A DNA stretch of 22,633 nt from Planctomycetales bacterium (lineage in GTDB: Bacteria > 4484-113): positions 10,927 to 33,559 of the forward strand of contig JBBIJQ010000022.1 of the NCBI GenBank assembly GCA_037445915.1, read 5' to 3'. How positions within the stretch are numbered: the first letter of the stretch is position 1; each line of letters starts with the position of its first letter. The notes under the pieces are model-generated. The model saw nothing but the letters and a program-made list of their open reading frames with translations, had not been told where the DNA came from and did no database searches. A program made the translations under genes and the position numbers. Below, one piece after another: positions 15,711 through 22,633 of the stretch.

Positions 15711-17251
15711 TTCGCGCCCCGCTTCGCAAGGTATTCGTCAAAGCCGGGAATGGGCAGGTCTATGCGCAGCGAGCGCTTGCGTATTTCAAAGCACGCCATT
15801 TCGCAGGCGAGGCATTCGGTGCAGCGCTTAGCCGATTCATCGGCTGGCTCCTTCAGGCGCGGCTTGCCGTCCACCGCCTCCAGTATCTCCACATGGCAGC
15901 TTGCGATGCAGGGCTTGTTCTCGCAACTTGCGCAAATCGCATGGTCAAAGCTGATGCGGCCGCTGCGTATCTTGAACGCGTATTCTTCCTTTGCGGGAGC
16001 GGTGCGGCAAGTCGGCTCGCACTCATACGGCGCGACCGGCGGATATTCTTTCACCAATTCCGCCAGACGCGAGGCGCAGAACGCCGCGCTGTCGTCCCTG
16101 CCATAAGCCTCCACCGGCACCGGCAGGTCGGCGAGGAAGCGCGTGAGGATGTCTATCGCGACTTCTTCCTTGTTCCCGCCGAGGCGTATTACCGCGGGGA
16201 CATAGAGCGGCCATTCGCGGAACGCCTTGACCATGCCGCGCGCGGAGTGGAACTGCTCCTGGCTGGCGACGCCGCTGCCGCTCGCGAAGTAGCCGACGAT
16301 GCCGCCCTGCGCGAGGATGTGCTTGGCGGCGCGGTAAACCTTCGCCGCGCTGGGGTTGCCGCTGGTGTCGCAGAAGTTCTTGGCGGTGAAGCCGTTGCGC
16401 ACCAGCGCGTCCATGCTCATCATGGAGCCGCCGCCGCCTGCGCCGTGGAAGCCCACCAGCCTGTCGCCCTTCGCGCCAAGCTCCAGGAAGTAGAAGGTGC
16501 CTCGGTGGTCGGTGGCTTCGTAGGCCGCCGCGATTTTCTCCAGCTCCGTGGGAGGATGCCCGATTTCACGGGCGATTTCCACCTCAAGCTCGGGATGGCG
16601 CGGCACTGCGTAATCGTCAACCGAGAAATGGCAATCCGCCGCGACCAGCGTGCCGTCATCAAGTATGACCACGGGGTTCACTTCCAGGCTGCGCGCTTCT
16701 TCGGCGAGGAACACGCGCACGAGGCTGACGAGAAAGTCTGCGACGACGCCAAGCTCCTTGCCGCCGAAGCCGCATTCCACCGCGATGGCGCGCGCTTCAA
16801 ACGGGCGCAGGCCCAGCGCGGGGTCAAAGGGCTTGCGCACCAGCTTCGCGCGCCTTTCCTTCGCCATGTCTTCAACGCCGGTGCCGCCCCGGTCTGCAAG
16901 CACGACAAGCGGGCCGGGGATTTCATCGGAGACGAGGCAGGCGGCGAAAAATTCGCGCGCGATGGGAAGCTTCTGCTCAACGAGCACTAACTCAATGGGG
17001 AAGCCGCCTACGACCTTGCCCAGCATCTCCGCCGCTGCATCCTTGGATTCATCGGGCGTGTCGCAGAACTTGATGAGCCCCTTGCCAGCGCGGCCGGTGA
17101 CGAACGCCTGCGCCTTCACTACGACCGGCCCGCCAATGCGCGCAGCCGCCTCCGCCGCGCCTTGCGGGGATGTGGTTGTTTCGCCTGCGGGGATAGTTAT
17201 GCCGAAGCTTGAGAGGATGCTTTTCGCTTTGTGTTCAAGTAGTTTAGCCAT
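15707..17251 (-). CDS. Acyl-CoA synthetase (NDP-forming) beta subunit, SucC/citryl-CoA synthetase-like, with C-terminal ferredoxin-like domain
   Basis: Start ATG 17251 (MAKLLEHKAK). VVKAQ..TGRAGKG, LEVNP, GAGGGGSM, DTSGNP, VIRLGGN; C-terminal CASCENKPCIASC and CTECLACEMAC. Confidence 0.9.
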   Translation of the reverse strand: MAKLLEHKAKSILSSFGITIPAGETTTSPQGAAEAAARIGGPVVVKAQAFVTGRAGKGLIKFCDTPDESKDAAAEMLGKVVGGFPIELVLVEQKLPIAREFFAACLVSDEIPGPLVVLADRGGTGVEDMAKERRAKLVRKPFDPALGLRPFEARAIAVECGFGGKELGVVADFLVSLVRVFLAEEARSLEVNPVVILDDGTLVAADCHFSVDDYAVPRHPELEVEIAREIGHPPTELEKIAAAYEATDHRGTFYFLELGAKGDRLVGFHGAGGGGSMMSMDALVRNGFTAKNFCDTSGNPSAAKVYRAAKHILAQGGIVGYFASGSGVASQEQFHSARGMVKAFREWPLYVPAVIRLGGNKEEVAIDILTRFLADLPVPVEAYGRDDSAAFCASRLAELVKEYPPVAPYECEPTCRTAPAKEEYAFKIRSGRISFDHAICASCENKPCIASCHVEILEAVDGKPRLKEPADESAKRCTECLACEMACFEIRKRSLRIDLPIPGFDEYLAKRGAK

Positions 17252-17357
17252 TCGCCACCCGCCTAAGATTATACGGTCTTTCCCTCCCCCCGATAACCCC
17301 CTGCCTGTAATCAAGCCTATGCGCTAGAATCATCGCAACTATATTCCGGTGGCTTAT
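17252..17357. promoter_or_regulatory. Divergent promoter region for the CoA-ligase operon and sppA
   Basis: Minus-strand TATAAT (17273-17268) lies 16 nt before ATG 17251, with a GGCGGGTGG SD-like tract. Plus-strand TAGAAT (17325-17330) and GGTGG precede ATG 17358. Confidence 0.55.
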
Positions 17358-18314
17358 ATGAAACGGAAGTTTTACGTTGGATTGTCCTTGTTCCTGTTGC
17401 TTGTGCTGGTCATTACCTTCGCGGTGAAGGAATACGGCGGGATGTCGCCCGGCGGGCGCAGCGAAGTCGCGCTCATCTACATTGAGGGCGAGATAGTCTC
17501 CGACTCCCAGCCCGGCACGCCCATATTCGGCGGCGCGCTGGTTTCGTCGGTGGACATCGTGGAAAAGCTTGAGAAGGCGCGCAAGGACGATAACATCAAG
17601 TCGGTAATCCTGCGCGTTAACTCGCCGGGCGGAAGCGCGGCCGCAAGCCAGGAGATATACAACGAAGTCGTGCGCGTGGTGAAGGAAAAGCCGGTCGTTG
17701 TGAGCATGGGCGACGTTTGCGCGAGCGGCGGCTATTACACTTCCTCGCCCGCGTCATTCATCTTCGCCAACCCGAGCACCTTGACCGGTTCTATCGGCGT
17801 CATCTCGCAGTTCACGAACATATCCGCGTTGATGGACAAAATCGGCGTGAGCAACCTGACCTTGAAGGCGGGCGCATACAAAGACGTGGGGAATCCATAC
17901 CGCCCGATGACCGAAAACGAAAAGGCGATGATGCAGAAAATGCTGGACGAGGTTTACGTGCAGTTCATCAACGACGTCGCCGCTGGGCGCAAGATGAAGC
18001 CGGAACAGGTGCGCAAGCTCGCCGAGGGACTGGTTTACAACGGCTCGGAAGCCGTGAAGTTGAAACTTGTTGACGCAACCGGCGGGCTGGAAGAGGCAAA
18101 GGCGAAGGCGCGCGAACTTGCGAAGCTGCCTGAAGACGCGAAGGTCGTCGTGTTTGAAACCAAGCGCAGCATGTTTGATATCTTCAGCCTGTTTGGCTCT
18201 CGCTTTAGCGGCGCGCCGCTCCAATCAAGCCTCACGCTTGACTACCGCGAGCCCTCAGCCCTCCAAATCCTCGCCTCGCGCATGCTGCTGAGCGACATCG
18301 GAAGCGGACGGTAA
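17358..18314 (+). CDS. sppA: Signal peptide peptidase SppA (36K type, S49)
   Basis: N-terminal TM helix; NSPGGS, CASGGYY, TGSIGV, GAYKD, VAAGR. Alternative GTG start at 17349. Confidence 0.95.
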   Translation: MKRKFYVGLSLFLLLVLVITFAVKEYGGMSPGGRSEVALIYIEGEIVSDSQPGTPIFGGALVSSVDIVEKLEKARKDDNIKSVILRVNSPGGSAAASQEIYNEVVRVVKEKPVVVSMGDVCASGGYYTSSPASFIFANPSTLTGSIGVISQFTNISALMDKIGVSNLTLKAGAYKDVGNPYRPMTENEKAMMQKMLDEVYVQFINDVAAGRKMKPEQVRKLAEGLVYNGSEAVKLKLVDATGGLEEAKAKARELAKLPEDAKVVVFETKRSMFDIFSLFGSRFSGAPLQSSLTLDYREPSALQILASRMLLSDIGSGR

Positions 18315-18319
18315 ACTTA

Positions 18320-19444
18320 TTACCCCATCGGTAGCGGGAAGTAAAGCCTAATCGCGCCGAGGTTGACGAGCGCATCGTCAACGCGGCCGGTGACGCTTGG
18401 CAGCGGCCCCCACTCGTCGCTCCCGCGCATCTTCCCCAGCACGTAGAAGCGCCCAAGCAGCCGATTGGCGGCGCTGATCCCCGCGTAGTCCGGCGCGTCG
18501 CCGAGAAGCGGGATGTAGCTTGGGTAGAGGTCGCCGTAAAACAGCGGCTCCATGCCCTCCCAGCTTGCGTCCCGCCCGTCAATAGGCCCCACGACCATCC
18601 ACTGCGTCAGCAGCCGCGCGTTGTTCATCTCCGAACTCATCGCGTGCTCGCGGGGGATTATCTGGAAGCCGCCGATTTCGTGAAGCGGCGATGTGCTGAT
18701 GCAGAGCACGCCCGCATGGTTAGCGCGGATGCGGCCGACGCGCGCATATACGCTGCCCTCAAACCTGCCAACGCCCGCGACCGGCTTCAAGACCTGGCCG
18801 ATGACTTCAGGTTCGCAGCCCAATCGCTTCACGGTGATGAACCCGCCGAATGCGTTGTCAAACTCAATGTAATCAAGGTCCAGGTCGTAGCGCTGCTGGA
18901 CGTAGATGACGATGATATCCCCTTCCTTTGGGACAAAGTCGGGGGAAAGCGGAAGCGCGTCGTCAATCGTGCCACCTTCAGGCACCGACATTACGACGCT
19001 CGTGCTCACCAGCGGTGAATGCGCGCCGCCGAAGATAGCGGTGCCGGCGGGAATGTCGGTGAAGATGGACGTGTTGCGGTTGAGGTAGCTCTTGTAGTCT
19101 TCGGGCTTCACGTTCAAGAACTCGCGGGGCAGCAGCGAGAAGATGACGCCGCGCCCAGTCTCGGGGTTGTTCTTCACCTTGAGGTGAATCGCGTTCACGG
19201 CCGCAGCGGCGACAGTGCTGTCCTGCGCCCACATGCTCGCCGTGAAGCCGTCGCCGTTCACTGCGCCGCACGGCACAAGCACTTTGCCTAACTCGCGCGT
19301 CTGTCCATCCTCCAAGACGTAGATGCGCCCGTTCACGCTGTTCTCTATGACGATGTCAAACGAGCGCGGCTGCATCGCCGACGCCTGCAAAGTAGGCGCT
19401 ATCAAAGCCGTAATGAACAACGCGATTGTAAGCAATATGCGCAT
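18320..19444 (-). CDS. Secreted hypothetical protein with an internal duplication
   Basis: Signal peptide (MRILLTIALF...ASA) and coding-like codon usage; adjacent to the GT2 stop. Alternative TTG start at 19450. Confidence 0.85.
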   Translation of the reverse strand: MRILLTIALFITALIAPTLQASAMQPRSFDIVIENSVNGRIYVLEDGQTRELGKVLVPCGAVNGDGFTASMWAQDSTVAAAAVNAIHLKVKNNPETGRGVIFSLLPREFLNVKPEDYKSYLNRNTSIFTDIPAGTAIFGGAHSPLVSTSVVMSVPEGGTIDDALPLSPDFVPKEGDIIVIYVQQRYDLDLDYIEFDNAFGGFITVKRLGCEPEVIGQVLKPVAGVGRFEGSVYARVGRIRANHAGVLCISTSPLHEIGGFQIIPREHAMSSEMNNARLLTQWMVVGPIDGRDASWEGMEPLFYGDLYPSYIPLLGDAPDYAGISAANRLLGRFYVLGKMRGSDEWGPLPSVTGRVDDALVNLGAIRLYFPLPMG

Positions 19445-19446
19445 TC

Positions 19447-20139
19447 TCAATCCCCCGTGAAGCGGGTGAACTTACAGTTAACCCAGGTTCGCAATATGTC
19501 CCAATACATTTTCAGCCGCGCGCCGAAGCCGCGAACGGCCCCGCGCTTTTCTTCCTTCATGCGATGCGTCAGGCCTTCCAGCTCCACGACGCGCACCTTG
19601 ATGTCGCGCTCCTGCAGGTAGCGGTTGAGCGCGGTTTCAATGCCGAAGCCGACTTTCTCCCAGCCGGTGAACTGCGCGAGGTCTTTCTTGAAGCACGCGC
19701 GCTGCCCGCTGATGAACGGCGCAATCTTCTGCGCCATCGTCGTCGCAGTGCGCCCGCCCACGAACACGCCGAGGCTCGCGGTGTAACCCGTGTCGTCAAA
19801 CAGCGGCGCAAGCAGTGTTTCCAAATGCTCCGCGCGCAAGCCGACGAGGTCTGCGTCAATGAACATCACAATCTCGCCATGCGCCGCCTGAAGCCCGTGC
19901 AGCATCCCCATCGCTTTGCCCTGGTTGCGCTCGTGCGTTACCAGCTCAACGCTGCAAATCGTGTCGGCGGGAAGTGAAGCCTTCGCGGCTTTCACCGCAT
20001 CGCCGGTGCCGTCGCGGCTGCCGTCGTCAACAACGATAACCTGCGCAAATAAACCTGTCTGCGCCGAAATGCGCACGACTTCGCCCACTGTTGGCGCTTC
20101 GTTGTAGGCGGGGATGATAAGCGTCACCGTGGGTTTCAC
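19447..20139 (-). CDS. Glycosyltransferase family 2 protein
   Basis: IIPAYNE, VVDDGSRD, NQGK, FIDAD (DxD), SGQRA; ATGA-type overlap (GTGA) with ispG. Confidence 0.93.
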   Translation of the reverse strand: MKPTVTLIIPAYNEAPTVGEVVRISAQTGLFAQVIVVDDGSRDGTGDAVKAAKASLPADTICSVELVTHERNQGKAMGMLHGLQAAHGEIVMFIDADLVGLRAEHLETLLAPLFDDTGYTASLGVFVGGRTATTMAQKIAPFISGQRACFKKDLAQFTGWEKVGFGIETALNRYLQERDIKVRVVELEGLTHRMKEEKRGAVRGFGARLKMYWDILRTWVNCKFTRFTGD

Positions 20140-21257
20140 TGCTTCGCCTCCGCATCGCGTATCGCCTCGTGCAGCGCGGCGATGGCTTCTTCGCGCGCCA
20201 TTCCCTGCTTAGCGACTGCGCCGTTTATGTAAAGCATGAATTTTCCGCCGGCGCCGAACAGACCGATGTCTGCCTCGGCCGCCTCGCCCGGCCCGTTCAC
20301 GACGCAACCCATCACCGCGACCGTGAGCGGCTTGCGCATGCGCATGACGGCCGGCCTTATCTCCTCAGCCAGCGCAGCCACGTCAAACTCCGCGCGCGCG
20401 CAGGTTGGGCAGGCGATGATGCGCGGCCCTTCGCGAAGCCCCAGGCTCATAAGTATTTCGCGCCCGATGATAACCTCGTCCACCACGTCGCCCGCGAGGC
20501 TCACGCGCAGCGTGTCGCCGATGCCCTCCGCGAGCAGCAAGCCGATGCCCACCGCGCTTCGCGCCGCGCCGGTGACGCCGGGTCCAGCCTCGGTTATGCC
20601 AATGTGCGTTGGCAGGTCACTTTGCGCAACGAAACGCCGGTAGCTTTCCACGGTCTGCATCACGTCGCTGCACTTGAGCGACACGACGATGTTCTTCACG
20701 CCAAAGCCCTGCAGTATCATCACGTAGCGGTGCGCGGCTTCCACGACCGCCTTCACCGGCTTCGTCGCATACATTTCCTTCAAGTCGGCGGGGATGCTCC
20801 CGCTGTTCACGCCCACGCGCACCGGTATGCCGCGCCGCGCCAAAAGCTTCGCCACCGGCCCCACGCGCTCGGGCGTGCCGATGTTGCCGGGGTTCATGCG
20901 CACCTTGTCCACGCCCGCTTCCACTGCGGCTTGCGCCAGCGCGGGGTCAAAGTGGATGTCGGCGATGAGGGGTATGCTTATGGCGCGCTTGATAGCGGGC
21001 AGAGCATCCGCGCTTGCCTTGTCGGGCACAGCCACGCGCACCAGCTCGCAGCCGTATTCCTCAAGGCGCTTTATCTGCGCGATGGTCGCCGCCGCATCGC
21101 TGGTGCAGGTGTTCGTCATGGACTGCACGGCGACGGGGTTGTCGCCGCCGAGGGTGACCGTGCCAATGCGCACCTCGCGCCTGCGTACGAAAGCGCTTGG
21201 CTTTCGCGGTCGCACGGCGCGGCGGGGCGGGGCGTGTCCTCCAGGCTCGTTCATCAC
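20136..21257 (-). CDS. ispG: (E)-4-hydroxy-3-methylbut-2-enyl-diphosphate synthase
   Basis: VQSMTN, ADIHF, RMNPGN, RVGVNSGS, HIGITEAG, GIGDTLRVSL, CPTCAR, MGCVVNGPGE. Start is GTG 21257 or ATG 21254. Confidence 0.98.
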   Translation of the reverse strand: MMNEPGGHAPPRRAVRPRKPSAFVRRREVRIGTVTLGGDNPVAVQSMTNTCTSDAAATIAQIKRLEEYGCELVRVAVPDKASADALPAIKRAISIPLIADIHFDPALAQAAVEAGVDKVRMNPGNIGTPERVGPVAKLLARRGIPVRVGVNSGSIPADLKEMYATKPVKAVVEAAHRYVMILQGFGVKNIVVSLKCSDVMQTVESYRRFVAQSDLPTHIGITEAGPGVTGAARSAVGIGLLLAEGIGDTLRVSLAGDVVDEVIIGREILMSLGLREGPRIIACPTCARAEFDVAALAEEIRPAVMRMRKPLTVAVMGCVVNGPGEAAEADIGLFGAGGKFMLYINGAVAKQGMAREEAIAALHEAIRDAEAKQ

Positions 21258-21258
21258 G

Positions 21259-21268
21259 TGCTATTATA
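21259..21268. promoter_or_regulatory. Probable bidirectional -10 element between ispG and rmuC
   Basis: Plus-strand TGC-TATTAT (21259-21267) overlaps minus-strand TATAAT (21268-21263), which lies 5-8 nt from the ispG start. Confidence 0.55.
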
Positions 21269-21306
21269 GCCGCAGCAGCCCGCGAGAAGGGCTGACGGAG
21301 GGGTTC

Positions 21307-22530
21307 GTGGATCCTATTTGGATAGTCCTCATCGTTGTAGTAATCGGGCTTGCAGTCATAGCCTGGCTCGTCACGCGCCCGCGCCTAGCGCATCCTGAAG
21401 CCGACCTGAAGTCCGAACTGCTGCGCCTCAACACCGACTTAGGCCAGCTCAAGTCCATGCTCGGAGAGCTTAAAGGAATGACCGACGCCAATGCTGGTGT
21501 TTCCCGCGAGCTGCGCGACAAAGTGGACAGCGGGTTTTCCGGCAGCCGCGAAGAGTTGCAGCAGCGCCTCGCAATGCTGGAAAAAGGGATGCTCGCTTTC
21601 CAAAACGCCTTGAACGAGACGGTGAACGCGAAGCTTACCGACACGAGCCAATCGCTTTCCAAGTCGCTTACCGACAACTTCGGCACGATAAACGCGACCG
21701 TGTCCGCCGTGAACAAGTCCATCGCCGAAGTGCGCCAGAACCTCGGCCAACTTGACGAAGCCTCCAAGCGCATCTACGACGTCGGCAGCGACGTGCGCAC
21801 GCTCAAAGACCTTCTGCAGGCGCCAAAGGCGCGCGGCGGGCTGGGCGAAGTCATGCTGGAGCAGCTTCTCGGCAACATCCTCCCGCCGGAACATTACGAG
21901 ACGCAGTATTCGCTGGGCGCGGAGCGCGTGGACGCGATTGTGAAGCTTCCCGACGGCCTTGTCCCCATTGACAGCAAGTTCCCCCTGCCTTCCTTCCAGC
22001 GCATCCTCTCGGAGGAAACCGACGAAGGCAAGGCGCGCGCCCGCCGTGATTTTATGAAAGACGTGAAGGCGCGCGTGGACGAAATCCGCACGAAATACAT
22101 CAAGCCGGAGCTTGGCACGGTGGACTTCGCGCTGATGTATATCCCCGCCGAGAACGTCTATTACGAGGCGGTGAACGCCGAGGTCAGCGGCGAAAGCCTG
22201 CTCAACTACGCCTGCGCGCACAAAGTCATTCCCGTGAGCCCCTTCACCTTCTACGCCTACCTCGTCGCGCTGGCATACGGCCTTCGCGGGCTGAAGGTTT
22301 CCGAAAACGCCAAGGCAATCCGCGAGCAGCTAAGCGCGCTGGGCAAGGACCTCGACGCGGCGAAAGAGGACTTTGATACGCTTGGCCGCCATATCCGCAA
22401 CGCCGCCAACAAGCACGAAGAGGTGAGCAAGCACTTCGGCGACTTCACCTTCAAGCTGCAGCAATACGGCAAGATAAGCTCCGGCGAAGCGCAAGCGGAG
22501 CTGCCCGCCCCCACGGAGGAAACGCGATGA
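21307..22530 (+). CDS. rmuC: DNA recombination protein RmuC family
   Basis: GTG 21307 follows a GGAGGGG SD. N-terminal TM helix, coiled coil, [37 protein letters not shown]. The ORF-track start (20794) is over-extended. Confidence 0.95.
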   Translation: MDPIWIVLIVVVIGLAVIAWLVTRPRLAHPEADLKSELLRLNTDLGQLKSMLGELKGMTDANAGVSRELRDKVDSGFSGSREELQQRLAMLEKGMLAFQNALNETVNAKLTDTSQSLSKSLTDNFGTINATVSAVNKSIAEVRQNLGQLDEASKRIYDVGSDVRTLKDLLQAPKARGGLGEVMLEQLLGNILPPEHYETQYSLGAERVDAIVKLPDGLVPIDSKFPLPSFQRILSEETDEGKARARRDFMKDVKARVDEIRTKYIKPELGTVDFALMYIPAENVYYEAVNAEVSGESLLNYACAHKVIPVSPFTFYAYLVALAYGLRGLKVSENAKAIREQLSALGKDLDAAKEDFDTLGRHIRNAANKHEEVSKHFGDFTFKLQQYGKISSGEAQAELPAPTEETR

Positions 22531-22633
22531 TACGCCCCGACACGTGGATAGCGCGGATGGCGCTGGAGCACAAGATGATTGAGCCGTTCGCGGAGGCGCA
22601 AGCCCGCCAAGGCGTGGTTTCATACGGCGTGTC
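22527..22633 (+). CDS. dcd: dCTP deaminase, 5' part only
   Basis: ATGA overlap with the rmuC stop. It reads [35 protein letters not shown], the typical D.WI..M....MIEPF...SYG.S N-terminus. Confidence 0.88.
   Translation, partial: MIRPDTWIARMALEHKMIEPFAEAQARQGVVSYGV

Noticed and set aside
14805-17251. Naming these genes sucC/sucD
   Set aside because: The substrate loops are non-canonical, there is an extra Fe-S domain, and they are coupled to a citryl-CoA lyase-like gene, so succinate specificity is unsupported.
20794-21306. Apparent 171-aa N-terminal extension of RmuC in the ORF track
   Set aside because: It overlaps ispG on the opposite strand; GTG 21307 has a strong SD and is followed directly by the TM helix.

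Overview
GC-rich bacterial chromosome segment with mostly housekeeping and metabolic genes; no CRISPR array, rRNA, tRNA or transposase was seen. From left to right: a truncated secreted FadL/PorV-like outer-membrane gene (absent from the ORF track), tpiA, a small Sm/Hfq-like gene, a REP doublet, a membrane-protein gene with an in-frame amber stop enclosed by a perfect 30-bp inverted repeat, a 3xSH3b-NlpC/P60 endopeptidase, an intergenic region with DnaA-box + DnaA-trio origin (oriC) architecture, mqnD, a divergent LeuC/LeuD-type pair, and an AT-richer XRE-ImmA/IrrE + PIN module. Next is a tightly coupled 8-gene minus-strand operon: ATP-grasp CoA ligase beta with a fused ferredoxin-like domain, CoA ligase alpha, citryl-CoA-lyase-like protein, HD protein, Lys4-like homoaconitase large and small subunits, homoisocitrate-dehydrogenase-like protein and lysine 6-dehydrogenase-like protein. 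The window ends with sppA, a secreted hypothetical protein, a GT2, ispG, rmuC and the start of dcd. The strongest candidate for an undescribed system is this operon plus the neighbouring divergent dehydratase pair. Together they look like an alpha-aminoadipate-type lysine route that uses a homocitryl-CoA ligase/lyase module instead of homocitrate synthase, possibly running catabolically. All family assignments come from motif recognition by eye, not database searches.
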